A stretch of DNA of 59,968 bases from an uncultured Gemmatimonadota bacterium (GTDB lineage: Bacteria; SM23-81; DAOVCL01): the NCBI GenBank assembly GCA_964626665.1, contig CAZVGK010000005.1:1-59968 (forward strand), written 5' to 3'. Under the pieces are notes generated by a model. It saw only the letters and a list, made by a program, of their open reading frames with translations, did no database searches and had not been told where the DNA came from. Below are positions 29,466-39,906 of this stretch, piece after piece (position 1 is the first letter of the stretch; each line of letters starts with the position of its first letter). The translations under genes and the position numbers were made by a program.

Positions 29466-30593
29466 TCATCTAAGCAATAGGTTACTGGCCCGCAAGAGGG
29501 CGGAGTAACCAAACCTGCGCCGTATCCGATCGATGCTTTGATAGAGTCTGACCTTTCTCCCCGGAAAGAGCTCTGGCTGTTTGGGGAGGGCTTCTACCCT
29601 TATCTCCAGCTCCCTGATCCTCACCCGCCGGACCCATAGTCTCTGGAGGAGCCCTTTGGCCAGTGGATAGAGCTGGTTCTCTTGGTCCGTGGGGGCAAGC
29701 TTGCTGGAGGAGGAAACAGATTGGTTATCGGCATAGACCAAGGTCAAGGTTAAGGCCCTGGCCCAGAGTCCCCTCTGTCTCAGCCGATAAGAGGCCCTTT
29801 CCAAGAGGGCACTCAGGTGGGCCTGAGAGAGAAGAGGAGATGTTGGCTTATCCTCCAAAGTAGCCATTTCGCGCAAGATTTCCCTTTTAAAATGAGGCCT
29901 CAAAGGCTCCGCATCCCTTCCCTGAGCTTCCCCCTTGATAGCTTCGGCCTTCCTCTCCCCCAATACCTGGGCCAGAAATGGGGTGGGGATGATGTTTATC
30001 TCCCCAATGCGGTTTACCCCCAGCTCCTCAAGCCTTTTTATCGCCCCTATTCCTATTTCCCCGAGGTAACCTAAGGGGAGAGGGGAAAGGAACTGGGCCT
30101 CCCCGCCGGGGAGAACCTCCAGCATCCCGCCCCTCTTGGCCAGGAGGGTGGCGGCCCTGGCCACAGGCCTGCTTGTGGCCAACCCTAAGGAGAGGGGGAG
30201 GGAAGTCTCCCCCTCCACCATTCTCTTCAGTTTCCCTGCCCACCCAAAGGGCTCCCCAAAGAGCCTCTCACATCCGCTGAGATCTAAGAAAAAGTCGTCC
30301 ACCGAGGCCTGTTCCACGGCCGGGGCCAAGGAGGAGAGAAGCCCATAAAGCTTCTCCGACTCCCCTTGATAAAGGGGGTAGTTGCCAGGGAGAAAAACGG
30401 CCCGGGGACAGAGCCTCCTGGCCAGCCAGAGGGGTTGACCAGGCCTTACCCCTGATCTCTGGGTCTCCAATGAGGTGGCCACGACAAACTTTCCCCCAAT
30501 AACCACAGGCTTGTCCTTCAGGGAGGGATCTTCCCTCTTCTCTACCGAAGCGTAGAAGGAGTCCACATCTAAATGGATGATTCGTCGTGTCAT
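29466..30593 (-). CDS. Y-family DNA polymerase (DinB/ImuB-like)
   Basis: IHLDVDSFYASVE, SVDDFFLDL, ID.IR.RFG; ATGA-coupled to lexA. Confidence 0.85.
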   Translation of the reverse strand: MTRRIIHLDVDSFYASVEKREDPSLKDKPVVIGGKFVVATSLETQRSGVRPGQPLWLARRLCPRAVFLPGNYPLYQGESEKLYGLLSSLAPAVEQASVDDFFLDLSGCERLFGEPFGWAGKLKRMVEGETSLPLSLGLATSRPVARAATLLAKRGGMLEVLPGGEAQFLSPLPLGYLGEIGIGAIKRLEELGVNRIGEINIIPTPFLAQVLGERKAEAIKGEAQGRDAEPLRPHFKREILREMATLEDKPTSPLLSQAHLSALLERASYRLRQRGLWARALTLTLVYADNQSVSSSSKLAPTDQENQLYPLAKGLLQRLWVRRVRIRELEIRVEALPKQPELFPGRKVRLYQSIDRIRRRFGYSALLRASNLLLR

Positions 30594-31195
30594 ACTTTCC
30601 TCACCACTCCGATCACCTTTCCCCCAATCCTCAGCCGGGGGTCATCCCTGGGCAGGAGGATGGGCTGGTAGACCTCATTTTCTGGTTGTAGTCTTATCCT
30701 CCTCCCCTCCATGAATATGCGCTTCACCGTGGCCTCCCCATTCAGACTGATCACCCCTATCTCCCCGTTCTCCACCCGGGGTTGGTTTTTCACAATCACC
30801 AGGTCGCCATTCAGGATCCCCGCCCCCTTCATACTATCCCCCTTTACCCGGAGGGCGAATATCTCCCCCTTTTCCTGGAAGAGATCGTTCAGGTTGAGGA
30901 ACTCCTGGAAGTTTTCCTCTGCATAGAGGGTTGAACCCGCGGCTATGGCCCCTAAGAGAGGGATCTGGCTGGAGCCGGGGAATCCCTTGGTTATCTCCAT
31001 CGCCCTCGATTGGTCCGCTCTCCTCCTTAGATAGCCCTTTCTGCTCAGGGCCTTCAGGTGATCGCTGACCGCATTGGTGGAGGAGATACCGAAATGGGCC
31101 CCAATCTCCTTCAGGGTAGGGGGGAAACCCTGCCGGCTTATATATTCGGCGATATACTCCAGGATCTCCGCCTGTCTCTTGGTCAACTTATCCAT
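30590..31195 (-). CDS. lexA: SOS repressor LexA
   Basis: LTKRQ.EIL, GFPPTLKEI, IAAG cleavage site, GDSM and TVKR catalytic motifs; ATG at 31195 has an RBS. Confidence 0.95.
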   Translation of the reverse strand: MDKLTKRQAEILEYIAEYISRQGFPPTLKEIGAHFGISSTNAVSDHLKALSRKGYLRRRADQSRAMEITKGFPGSSQIPLLGAIAAGSTLYAEENFQEFLNLNDLFQEKGEIFALRVKGDSMKGAGILNGDLVIVKNQPRVENGEIGVISLNGEATVKRIFMEGRRIRLQPENEVYQPILLPRDDPRLRIGGKVIGVVRKV

Positions 31196-31361
31196 GGTCA
31201 CCCCCTTCAAATGTTCAGCACGCAACCTCATCTGACGGCAAGCCCCATCCTTTTGCGCTGATAGGGCTCTGCCCTAAAAAGATTGAAAATCGAAATTGGA
31301 AATTCCTGAGCCGTCAGAACCCCGATTCTGACGGCAAAAGGGTTCCTGCTTCCTTTCCCCT

Positions 31362-31390
31362 AATATACTGAAATAATTTTCAGTAGTCAA
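31362..31390 (-). promoter_or_regulatory. lexA promoter with overlapping palindromic operator
   Basis: TTGACT-17 nt-TATATT on the minus strand; TACTGAAA-taat-TTTCAGTA at 31366-31385. Confidence 0.8.
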
Positions 31391-31488
31391 GGGGAAAATG
31401 TCCCCTTTAATTTTTTTCTTGCTTTTTTGCTCAGAGGGGGTTATGCTTGCGAGAAGAGCGAAGAAGCAAACCCATCAAAGGAGGAGTG

Positions 31489-32130
31489 ATGAGAATTCAA
31501 GTGAAGCTTATGCTCACCCTTTTCTCCCTTTTCTTGGCCTTGAATATGGCTTGTGGCAAGGGGGAGAAGAAGGAAGCGGGGAAGAGTGGGGAGGTCGCTA
31601 AGAAGCCCGTGGCGGTCGCTGATACAACCAATCCCATTGTGCTGATGAAAACCTCTATGGGGGATATTAAGCTTGAGCTCAATACCCAGAAGGCCCCCAA
31701 GACTGTGGCCAATTTCCTTGCCTATGTGCAGGATAGCTTCTATAATGGGACCATATTCCATCGGGTAATTAGCAATTTTATGATTCAGGGGGGTGGCTTT
31801 ACCCTGGATATGAAGGAGAAGGAGACCAAACCTCCTATTGTTAATGAGGCGGGTAATGGGTTAAAAAACCTGAGAGGCACCATAGCTATGGCCCGCACCT
31901 CAGATGTAAACAGTGCCACCTCACAGTTCTTCATCAATGTGGTGGATAATGCCTTTCTTGATCATAAGGATGAGACACCAAGGGGGTTTGGCTACGCCGT
32001 CTTTGGCAAGGTGATTGAGGAGATGGATGTGGTGGACAAGATTAAGGCCGTGAAGACAACCACGAAGGGCCATTATAAGGATGTGCCAGTTAAACCCGTG
32101 ATTATCCAATCAGCGGAAGTTGTTAAGTAG
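31489..32130 (+). CDS. Cyclophilin-type peptidyl-prolyl isomerase, lipoprotein
   Basis: [37 protein letters not shown]; lipobox-like NMAC. Confidence 0.93.
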   Translation: MRIQVKLMLTLFSLFLALNMACGKGEKKEAGKSGEVAKKPVAVADTTNPIVLMKTSMGDIKLELNTQKAPKTVANFLAYVQDSFYNGTIFHRVISNFMIQGGGFTLDMKEKETKPPIVNEAGNGLKNLRGTIAMARTSDVNSATSQFFINVVDNAFLDHKDETPRGFGYAVFGKVIEEMDVVDKIKAVKTTTKGHYKDVPVKPVIIQSAEVVK

Positions 32131-32157
32131 GGGATTGTTGATAATGGTTTAAGAAGA

Positions 32158-32187
32158 GAAATGGCCCAGCCATCGGCTGGGCCATTC
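32158..32187. terminator. Intrinsic terminator-like hairpin between convergent genes
   Basis: aatggcccagcc-atc-ggctgggccatt. Confidence 0.7.
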
Positions 32188-32263
32188 TTGATTTTGAGGA
32201 GAGAGGAACGAAATTTTGATCGTCACACTCTGATAGTCATAGTGGAAAGGAGTTCATTTAGCC

Positions 32264-33743
32264 TTATTTCAGAAGAATCGTCTTCATTGTCTTACTATAT
32301 TCCCCTGCCTTCAGCCGGCAGAGGTAGATGCCGCTGCCCAATTCCTGGGCATTCCAACGAACCGACCTTATGCCCGCCTTTTGCTTCCCATCAACCAGTG
32401 TGGCTACCTTCCGGCCTAAGATGTTGTAAATCTCAATCTTTGCCTGAGAATCTTTGGGTAAGGTATAGCTAATCTCAGTGCTGGAGTTGAAGGGATTGGG
32501 ATAGTTTTGGGAGAGGATGAATGTCCTCGGGAGGATGTAATTATCCGGTTCCCTAACTCCGCTAACATTGCCCAAGGAATCTGTCTTGATGAGATAGACA
32601 TCCGCGTGTCCTGCACCATAGGATTCTGTATATCCTGTGATGATGAATCCTCCATCTGAAGTCGGAGATAAGAACCAGCCTTCATCCCCCTCACCGCCGC
32701 CATAGGTTTTGGTCCATAAAGTATTGCCTAACGAATCAATCTTCAAGAGGTAAACATCCCAAGAACCTGCACCATAGGACAAAGTTGCTCCCGTGATGAT
32801 ATATCCACCATCAGGAGTCCGGATTACGGAAAGACCGTAATCCGGATAGTTGCCTCCATAAGTTTTTGTCCATAAGGTATCCCCCAGAGAATCTGTCTTG
32901 ACGAGGTAAACATCACCAGAACCTACACCAGTAGGAATATGTAAACCCTGTGATGATGTATCCCTCATCAGGAGTCCGGATTACGGAAAGACCGTAATCC
33001 GGATAGTTGCCTCCATGAGTCTTTGTCCATAAGGTATCCCCCAGAGAATCTGTCTTGACGAGGTAAACATCACCAGAACCTGCACCATAGGAATAAGTGT
33101 ATCCCGAAACTATGTATCCTCCATCAGAGGTTTGGGCAACAGAGATGCCACAATCTTCATCAGCACCTCCGTAAGTTCTTGTCCAAAGTGTGTCGCCCAA
33201 AGGATCCGTCTTCATAAGGTAAACATCACAAGAACCTGCACCATAGGAATAAGTGTATCCTGAAACTATGTATCCTCCATCAGATGTTTGGGCAACAGAG
33301 TAGCCACAATCTCCATCAGCACCTCCGTAAGTCCTTACCCAAAGGGTATCCCCCAGAGAATCGGTCTTGATGAGGTAAACATCATAAGAACCTGCACCAT
33401 AGGACATTGTTCCTCCCGCAATAATGTATCCCCCATCAGAGGTCTGAGCGATGGAGTGGCCAAAATCACGATAAAGATTCCCATAGGTTTTTGTCCAGAG
33501 AATATCCCCCAGAGAATCGGTCTTAATGAGATAAACATCAGCAGAGCCTGCACCATAGGAATAAGTGTATCCAGTGACTATATATCCCCCATCTAAGGTT
33601 TGAATTGCCGAGTAGCTCTGATCCTCACCAATTCCTCCGTAAGTACGTTCGAAAGTTATCTGAGCAGAGGCTGAAATTAGCGGAAATTGAACAATCACAA
33701 AACAGACGGCGAGCAGTTCAGTAATCCTCTTTATTGTGTTCAT
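32264..33743 (-). pseudogene. Secreted beta-propeller-repeat protein with T9SS/FlgD-like CTD, split by a 1-nt insertion
   Basis: About 50-aa repeats (QTSDGGYI..G.T.SYGAG..DVYL.KTDSLGDTLWT.TYGG) continue across ORFs 32913-33743 and 32264-32968; C-terminal LSQNYPNPFN. Confidence 0.85.
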
Positions 33744-33785
33744 CTCCCCTCCTTTTCTTAGGCCAAATACAGAATATTGTTCAAC

Positions 33786-36700
33786 TTATTTCAAAAGAAT
33801 CATCTTTATGGTTTTGCTGTATTCCCCTGCCTTCAGGCGGCAGAGGTAGATGCCACTGCTTAGTCCTTTAGCATCCCAGCGGACCGATCTTGTGCCTGTC
33901 TTCTGGTTCCCATCTATTAGAGTAGCCACCTTCTGCCCTAAGATGTTGTAAATGGTTAAGTTGACCTTACTTGCTTTGGGCAAGGAATAGGTGATTTCGG
34001 TCAACGGATTGAAAGGGTTGGGGTAATTAGGATACAGCTCATAAGAGGTGGGAAGTTTTGTCTCTCCTCTCTCCTCTATGCCGCTTGTTAGGCTGTCATA
34101 AAGCGCCTGGGCCTGATCGGCATTGAACTCCAAATCACTGAGATTCCATCCTCCCAATACGGCAAAGGCTACTCTCTGACCTCCTCCTGGGGAGAGATTG
34201 AAGGGTCCTGCCGAGGCCACTACCGACCAGTCGTAGGTCCGGTCGCTAGAGGATTGATACAAGGTTCCATTGAGAAATTGATATTTCACCTCTTCTCTTG
34301 TTCCCACATAAACATAGAGAGCGTGGTCGAGGAGACTTAAGTTAGCGGCCACCTTGGGGTAGAGAAGCTTTAATCCCACAATGGGGGTCTCTGGATCATA
34401 ATACATATAGGCCAGTCTGCGCGTCTCATCTGTTCTTCCATTATTAAACCGTGGTTCAACTAAATCGTAGTCCATAAATTGGCCCACATAAAGACCCTCT
34501 ATATCACCTGATCCCTGATTGAGGAAGGTATAATCCATAATCACAAAGTCATTGTAAGGAGAGTCGGCCCAGGCCCAACTGTTTTGCATTACAGTCAATC
34601 CCTTAGGAAGGGGATGGCCAGAATCATCATACTGCGCCCATCCATCCTGGTTTGAATAGGCCACATCTCCCAGCTTCAACCTTCCATCGGGATCATCAGT
34701 GGTGACCCAATCCATATGGGTTGCCCCACCAGATTCGTCATAAAACCTATCCACCAAGTAGTTGGAATCGGTCCCCGCGGCCAAGGCACCATAGAAGAGG
34801 TAATTCTCCCCTTCTTTTGGATAGATGAATCCATGCCCACGGTTGAAATTGGAAGTAAAACCAACAGATCCATATCCCGTAACCGTAAAGATGAGGTTGC
34901 CCACATTGTGATCTGCACACTCAAATCTGGGCAGGCCTATCCTCAAGGGGAGGACAATGGTATCTCTCATCCCATCTGCGGTCTGAAGATAGAGGGAGAT
35001 GTTGATCTCGACATCCTCCGGCTGTTGGGCATCGGCCTGGAGGACAAAGGGATGGGATGAATTGTCACCCTTCCTCCAGATGGGGATATTGCCAAAGGAG
35101 GAGATAGAGTCCAATATGGTTATATGAGGAGCATCGGCATGGAGGATAGCGGCAACATCTACCGCTTCCTGGGAACCTCTATTCTCCAATGTCAAGTAAA
35201 GATTGACAGTTTCTTCTGGTTCAAAGGCCCCATTCCCATTTCCACAAGTGTCCTCAATTGCTGTTCCCTTAACGAAAAGAGAGGGGGAGAAGATCTTGAA
35301 ATTTAACTCCTCCTCCCAGACATGAGCGTCCTGATCACTAAACTCCAAGGTGAAATTCAAAACCTGTCGGTTGATGCAGACAGGAGCCACCTGAAAGCGG
35401 AAGGGATTTTGTCCTGCCAATAGGCTCCCTGCAGGGATGTCTCCAAATGCAGTTAGAGAATCCAAGATCGTAACCATTGGATCATCAGTCAAAAGCTTGC
35501 CCCAGACGTCAGTGGCTTCCTCATTTCCTGGATTCTTGGCCATAATCCCCAGTTCAATCCTCTCCCCAGGGTTCACCGTTCCATCTCCATTGCCCCAGCT
35601 TCCCCCTAAGGTGTCATCATCAATCTTGTAGTCCTGGCAATAGACAAAAGGGCCCGCAGGAATTACGGTTATTTCTCCTCGGTATGGGAGACGGTTACGG
35701 GCCACAACAGTTATCTCCAAAGGATCCGTGGAGAGAGGGGAGAAGATAAGGGAAAGATTACCGGAGGGGTTGGTGTACCCTACCTGGATGAGATTTCCTC
35801 CTTGTAGTAGGGTGACCGAGGCGTTGGCTACAGGGCTCTCAGCAGAACTGACCTCCACACTTAAAGTGCAGGGCCTTAGGGGGATAGCCTGTGGATAAGC
35901 CACTGTGAGGCTCTCTGGGGTATCTGTCCATACAGGCATTTCCGGGTCCCCTAAGAGGTTGAGCTCATACTGGCACCACCTCATATAGGAATCAGTCTGG
36001 GAGATGGGCACCAGCCGACTCTTAGATTCCGCATTTGTCACCCCCAAATTGTAGTGGCCAGTAAAAAGGGAGGCGAAGAATTCAAAGTCATACTGGTCTG
36101 AGGGGCCAGCACCTGGGTCACCCGGTATGCCGAAACCGTACCTGGAGTTGCCGATATAGCCTACCCCACCACCTTGGGAGTTGTTGATGAAATGTTCGCC
36201 TATGCAATCACTGGAGTCGAAGGCCCCTGAGATGCAACCACCTGAATAGAATATGGACCAGCGGTGTAGGTTGGAAAGTGTATCCATATCCTGATTGACG
36301 ATTCCCCCTTGACTTCCCATTCTTAAGACATTCCAGTTAGCATGATCGTTGTGGTTTATGATGTTATACCCCTCGTTCATTGCCGCGAGGGCAGTTGCCG
36401 GGCTGAGATCGTCATGGTCGTGATCGTCATAAAGTTTAGTTATGATGAAGCGGGAGGGAACCAGGTAACCAATCATATCTTTAGCCTCCCCTCCAGGTGT
36501 ATAGGGGTTCGGATCATCCCAGAGGGTGCCAGCCAAAAAGAGCATCTTCAACTGGTAATCGATGGGTGGGTCTTTTTCATATTCTAAAACTTTTTTTACA
36601 AATGTCTCTGCCTCCTGGAAACTGCTCACTGAGGCCCTACCCACAAAAACATCCGGATACATATCCACTTCATCATCTGGTTCACCATAAATTAGATTTT

Positions 36701-37682
36701 CATTTTCATCCCAACTACCATCCAGATCGGAATAATACTGGTCGCAGGGTAGGGTATCAGCATACGCCCCGGTGTTTACCCAGGCCTTACGGCAGGGAAC
36801 AACCTCCACATCACCTCCTAAGAGAACCCAGACCAGCCCCGAATCCTGATAGGCTATGCGCAGATAGTTACGCAATTTCTCCGCAGTGTCATTTCCCCAG
36901 TAGTTATCCTTTATCCAGGAGATTGACCTGATAGCTGCTGGTATCCCCTTTTGGGTCTTCCAATCGGCCAATGGTTGAAAAGCAGACCCGAGAGAAGAGG
37001 AGGTTACGATCAGATATTCAAAACTCTGAGAAGAAGGAAGGATCTGGGTTGGAGGAGGAGGAAGCTCAGCCGGGTTTATCACCAGACCCCTTACTATTTG
37101 GTCATAAAGCTCTTGGACTCTCTCTCCTCTGGTCTTAACCGGAAGGGTAGGCCGAGCCGGGGCAAGCTCTAAAGAGAGTTCTACCTTGGTGTAGAGGATC
37201 AAAGAACCTTTGACAGGCTGGTACTGTAAAGGGTAAACAAGCAGGTTGGCCAGCTTATACCCACCCAGGGAGCCACATCCGGTAAGCTCGGCTATCTTCC
37301 CCGGGTAAGGTTGAGAGGAGGAGTAAACCGCTGAGTCAGGCTTCACGAACCCTATTGGTCCATGGGAGATTGGTTGGGGAGGCTGCGCGGGATAAATTTT
37401 GTATTTGCCAGGAATTGTTTCCTTCTCTGTAGAGATCACTTTAACCGATACTGCCTCCATCTCAGCGGGTATGGAGACGACAATACTGGCCACAGGGAGC
37501 TCCGGACATCCTGCTTTATTGATTGCCGGTAGTCCCTTCATCTTCACTTGATCATAACCCAGCTGCTTCTTAAAGGATGTATCTTGGGGAGAAAAGGTTA
37601 TCGTTTCCCTCAACTCCCCACCGATGGTGGCAGAAGCACACGATAAGACAGCTACTAATACTGCCAGAGTTAACTTTTTCAT
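33786..37682 (-). CDS. C25 (gingipain-like) cysteine peptidase with propeptide and T9SS/FlgD-like CTD
   Basis: LADWKTQKG, WVLLGGD, D.YYSDLDG, VGR, NHNDH, LLGDP, NYPNPFNP; signal peptide MKKL with AGGAGG RBS. Confidence 0.9.
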   Translation of the reverse strand: MKKLTLAVLVAVLSCASATIGGELRETITFSPQDTSFKKQLGYDQVKMKGLPAINKAGCPELPVASIVVSIPAEMEAVSVKVISTEKETIPGKYKIYPAQPPQPISHGPIGFVKPDSAVYSSSQPYPGKIAELTGCGSLGGYKLANLLVYPLQYQPVKGSLILYTKVELSLELAPARPTLPVKTRGERVQELYDQIVRGLVINPAELPPPPTQILPSSQSFEYLIVTSSSLGSAFQPLADWKTQKGIPAAIRSISWIKDNYWGNDTAEKLRNYLRIAYQDSGLVWVLLGGDVEVVPCRKAWVNTGAYADTLPCDQYYSDLDGSWDENENLIYGEPDDEVDMYPDVFVGRASVSSFQEAETFVKKVLEYEKDPPIDYQLKMLFLAGTLWDDPNPYTPGGEAKDMIGYLVPSRFIITKLYDDHDHDDLSPATALAAMNEGYNIINHNDHANWNVLRMGSQGGIVNQDMDTLSNLHRWSIFYSGGCISGAFDSSDCIGEHFINNSQGGGVGYIGNSRYGFGIPGDPGAGPSDQYDFEFFASLFTGHYNLGVTNAESKSRLVPISQTDSYMRWCQYELNLLGDPEMPVWTDTPESLTVAYPQAIPLRPCTLSVEVSSAESPVANASVTLLQGGNLIQVGYTNPSGNLSLIFSPLSTDPLEITVVARNRLPYRGEITVIPAGPFVYCQDYKIDDDTLGGSWGNGDGTVNPGERIELGIMAKNPGNEEATDVWGKLLTDDPMVTILDSLTAFGDIPAGSLLAGQNPFRFQVAPVCINRQVLNFTLEFSDQDAHVWEEELNFKIFSPSLFVKGTAIEDTCGNGNGAFEPEETVNLYLTLENRGSQEAVDVAAILHADAPHITILDSISSFGNIPIWRKGDNSSHPFVLQADAQQPEDVEINISLYLQTADGMRDTIVLPLRIGLPRFECADHNVGNLIFTVTGYGSVGFTSNFNRGHGFIYPKEGENYLFYGALAAGTDSNYLVDRFYDESGGATHMDWVTTDDPDGRLKLGDVAYSNQDGWAQYDDSGHPLPKGLTVMQNSWAWADSPYNDFVIMDYTFLNQGSGDIEGLYVGQFMDYDLVEPRFNNGRTDETRRLAYMYYDPETPIVGLKLLYPKVAANLSLLDHALYVYVGTREEVKYQFLNGTLYQSSSDRTYDWSVVASAGPFNLSPGGGQRVAFAVLGGWNLSDLEFNADQAQALYDSLTSGIEERGETKLPTSYELYPNYPNPFNPLTEITYSLPKASKVNLTIYNILGQKVATLIDGNQKTGTRSVRWDAKGLSSGIYLCRLKAGEYSKTIKMILLK

Positions 37683-37924
37683 TTCATCCTCCTTTTGTAG
37701 GCAAGATAACCCTTTTATTCCTTCTGTCAAGCCTTTTCATGGGGGATTACGGGCAAGGTCTTCCTCGTATTCGCCTTTCCTCCTGGAAAGAGCTTAAAAG
37801 ATAGTGCGGTAAATTACACAACCATCGGTAAAATCCGTAGCTCTGGTTTAATTGCCACCCCCCTCGCGCTCCTCTGCGATTATATGTTGAAGGGGCGTTT
37901 AGTCACTTGATTTGGTGATTTCCT

Positions 37925-37953
37925 TTGACAACCCCCGGTTTTATCTCTATAAT
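37925..37953 (+). promoter_or_regulatory. Consensus sigma70 promoter
   Basis: TTGACA-17 nt-TATAAT; ATG 6 nt downstream. Confidence 0.85.
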
Positions 37954-37959
37954 TGGGGT

Positions 37960-39324
37960 ATGTCGATAAAGAAGAGAGAAGATGTCATCCTCGATTCCAT
38001 TGCTGATGGGGTTTTCACCGTAGATCTGCAGTGGAGGGTGACCTCATTTAACTTAGCTGCAGAGAGGATAACGGGTATACCTCGTCAGGAGGCCATTGGC
38101 AGGCTCTGTAGCGATGTCTTCCGAGCCAACATCTGTGAGGCCGATTGTGCCCTGCGGAGGACGATGGAGACCGGCAAACTAACCTTGGTCAACAAGGCGG
38201 TTTATATCGTCAATGCGCGTGGTGAGCGAATCCCTGTGGGGATTTCTACGGCCTTGCTCCGGGACGAGAAGGGGGAAATCATCGGTGGAGTGGAGACCTT
38301 CCGTGATCTCAGCTTGGTAGAGGAGTTGCGCAAAGAGTTGGAGGGTCGCCACAGCTTTGCCGATATCCTCAGCCAAAGCCATGAGATGCATGAACTGTTT
38401 GACATCCTCCCTGAGGTGGCTCAGAGTGAGAGCACAGTGCTCATCGAAGGGGAAAGTGGCACGGGGAAGGAGCTTGTGGCCAGGGCTATTCATAGTCTAA
38501 GTCCCCGCTGCAAAAAACCCTTGATAGTCGTCAACTGTGGGGCCCTTCCCGATACCCTGTTAGAATCAGAGCTTTTTGGCTACAAAGCTGGGGCATTTAC
38601 CGATGCACGCAGGGACAAACCAGGACGGTTTACCTTGGCTGAAGAAGGCACCATCTTCTTGGATGAGATTGGGGATATATCCGCTGCCCTACAGGTTCGC
38701 CTACTCCGCGTGTTGCAAGAGAAGATCTATGAACCCTTAGGGGGCACCCAGCCAGTTAAAGCCAATGTGAGGATTGTCACAGCCACCAACAAAGATCTCT
38801 CCGCATTAGTGAAAAAGGGGGAGTTTAGGCAGGACCTCTATTATCGGGTGAATGTGGTTAAACTATCCCTTCCGCCTTTGCGTCAACGTATGGAGGATAT
38901 CCCTCTTTTAATTGATCACTTCATTACCAGGTTCAATCGCCTCCGCGGCAAAGACATCACTGGAGTTTCCCCTGAGGTGCTGAATATCCTGATGAAGCAC
39001 GATTTCCCAGGCAATGTAAGGGAACTGGAGAATATCATAGAGCACTCTTTCGTCCTCTGTAGGGGTGGGCTCATTCTCCCCAAACATCTTCCAGATTACC
39101 TCCGTCCCCTTCCAGCTAAAACCTCCCCGCAAATGACCCTGAAGGAGCTTGAAGCCCAATTTATTACAGATGCTTTGAGACGGCACGGCTGGAACCGGAC
39201 GGCCACTGCGGAGGAATTGGGAATGCATAAAACAACCCTCTGGCGGAAGATCAAGCGTCTGGGCATTGAGCTCCCAGAGCAGGTTAAGCCCCAGGCAAGG
39301 GGTCAGAGTGAAAGGCCAATGTAA
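37960..39324 (+). CDS. PAS-domain sigma54-dependent transcriptional activator
   Basis: PAS domain; GESGTGKE, ESELFG, GAFTDA, FLDEIGD; Fis-type HTH. Confidence 0.95.
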   Translation: MSIKKREDVILDSIADGVFTVDLQWRVTSFNLAAERITGIPRQEAIGRLCSDVFRANICEADCALRRTMETGKLTLVNKAVYIVNARGERIPVGISTALLRDEKGEIIGGVETFRDLSLVEELRKELEGRHSFADILSQSHEMHELFDILPEVAQSESTVLIEGESGTGKELVARAIHSLSPRCKKPLIVVNCGALPDTLLESELFGYKAGAFTDARRDKPGRFTLAEEGTIFLDEIGDISAALQVRLLRVLQEKIYEPLGGTQPVKANVRIVTATNKDLSALVKKGEFRQDLYYRVNVVKLSLPPLRQRMEDIPLLIDHFITRFNRLRGKDITGVSPEVLNILMKHDFPGNVRELENIIEHSFVLCRGGLILPKHLPDYLRPLPAKTSPQMTLKELEAQFITDALRRHGWNRTATAEELGMHKTTLWRKIKRLGIELPEQVKPQARGQSERPM

Positions 39325-39471
39325 GGATAATTGCAATTACGCATTCTTTTCCCTGCTAAGGTTGCAACTTTGAAACTAAAACCCATAATTCCGAGATGGC
39401 CGATCTTCCCTTTCCTTCTGTAATCCTTTGTTTCCTTGGATGTTATGAAATAAGCCTCTCTGCCTTCCGTT

Positions 39472-39487
39472 TGGCACACTATTTGCA
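39472..39487 (+). promoter_or_regulatory. Sigma54 (-24/-12) promoter
   Basis: TGGCAC-actat-TTGCA directly after the activator gene. Confidence 0.88.
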
Positions 39488-39498
39488 TTAATACTTAA

Positions 39499-39906
39499 AT
39501 GATGAAGGTAGCGATACCAATCTGGAATTTGAGGATTTCCCCCCTCTTTGACACTGCCCACCAGCTTCTAATTGTGGAGATAGAGAATGGCCAGGAGCTT
39601 TCCCGCTCTCAAGTGGAATTAGAGGGCTATTTCCCCCCTTGGCGGGCAAGAAAACTGAGTGAACTGAGGGTTCAGACGCTCATCTGTGGAGGGATCTCCC
39701 GGCAATTGGCCGCTATGCTCATTGGCGCGGGGATTACTATAGTGCCCTGGTTGAGCGGCTTTGTCGAGGATGTGTTACAGGCTTATTTGAAGGGGAAACT
39801 TCCCGATCCGCGGTTCCTTATGCCCGGATGCCATCCGCGCGGGCGAGGGGGTAGGTTTCGTGGCAGAGAGGGACGATCCTGGTGGTCAGGGGGAGGGAAC
39901 TTGTGA
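39499..39906 (+). CDS. NifB/NifX-family protein
   Basis: KVAIP...RISPLFD.A, LICGGIS, MPGC. Confidence 0.82.
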   Translation: MMKVAIPIWNLRISPLFDTAHQLLIVEIENGQELSRSQVELEGYFPPWRARKLSELRVQTLICGGISRQLAAMLIGAGITIVPWLSGFVEDVLQAYLKGKLPDPRFLMPGCHPRGRGGRFRGREGRSWWSGGGNL

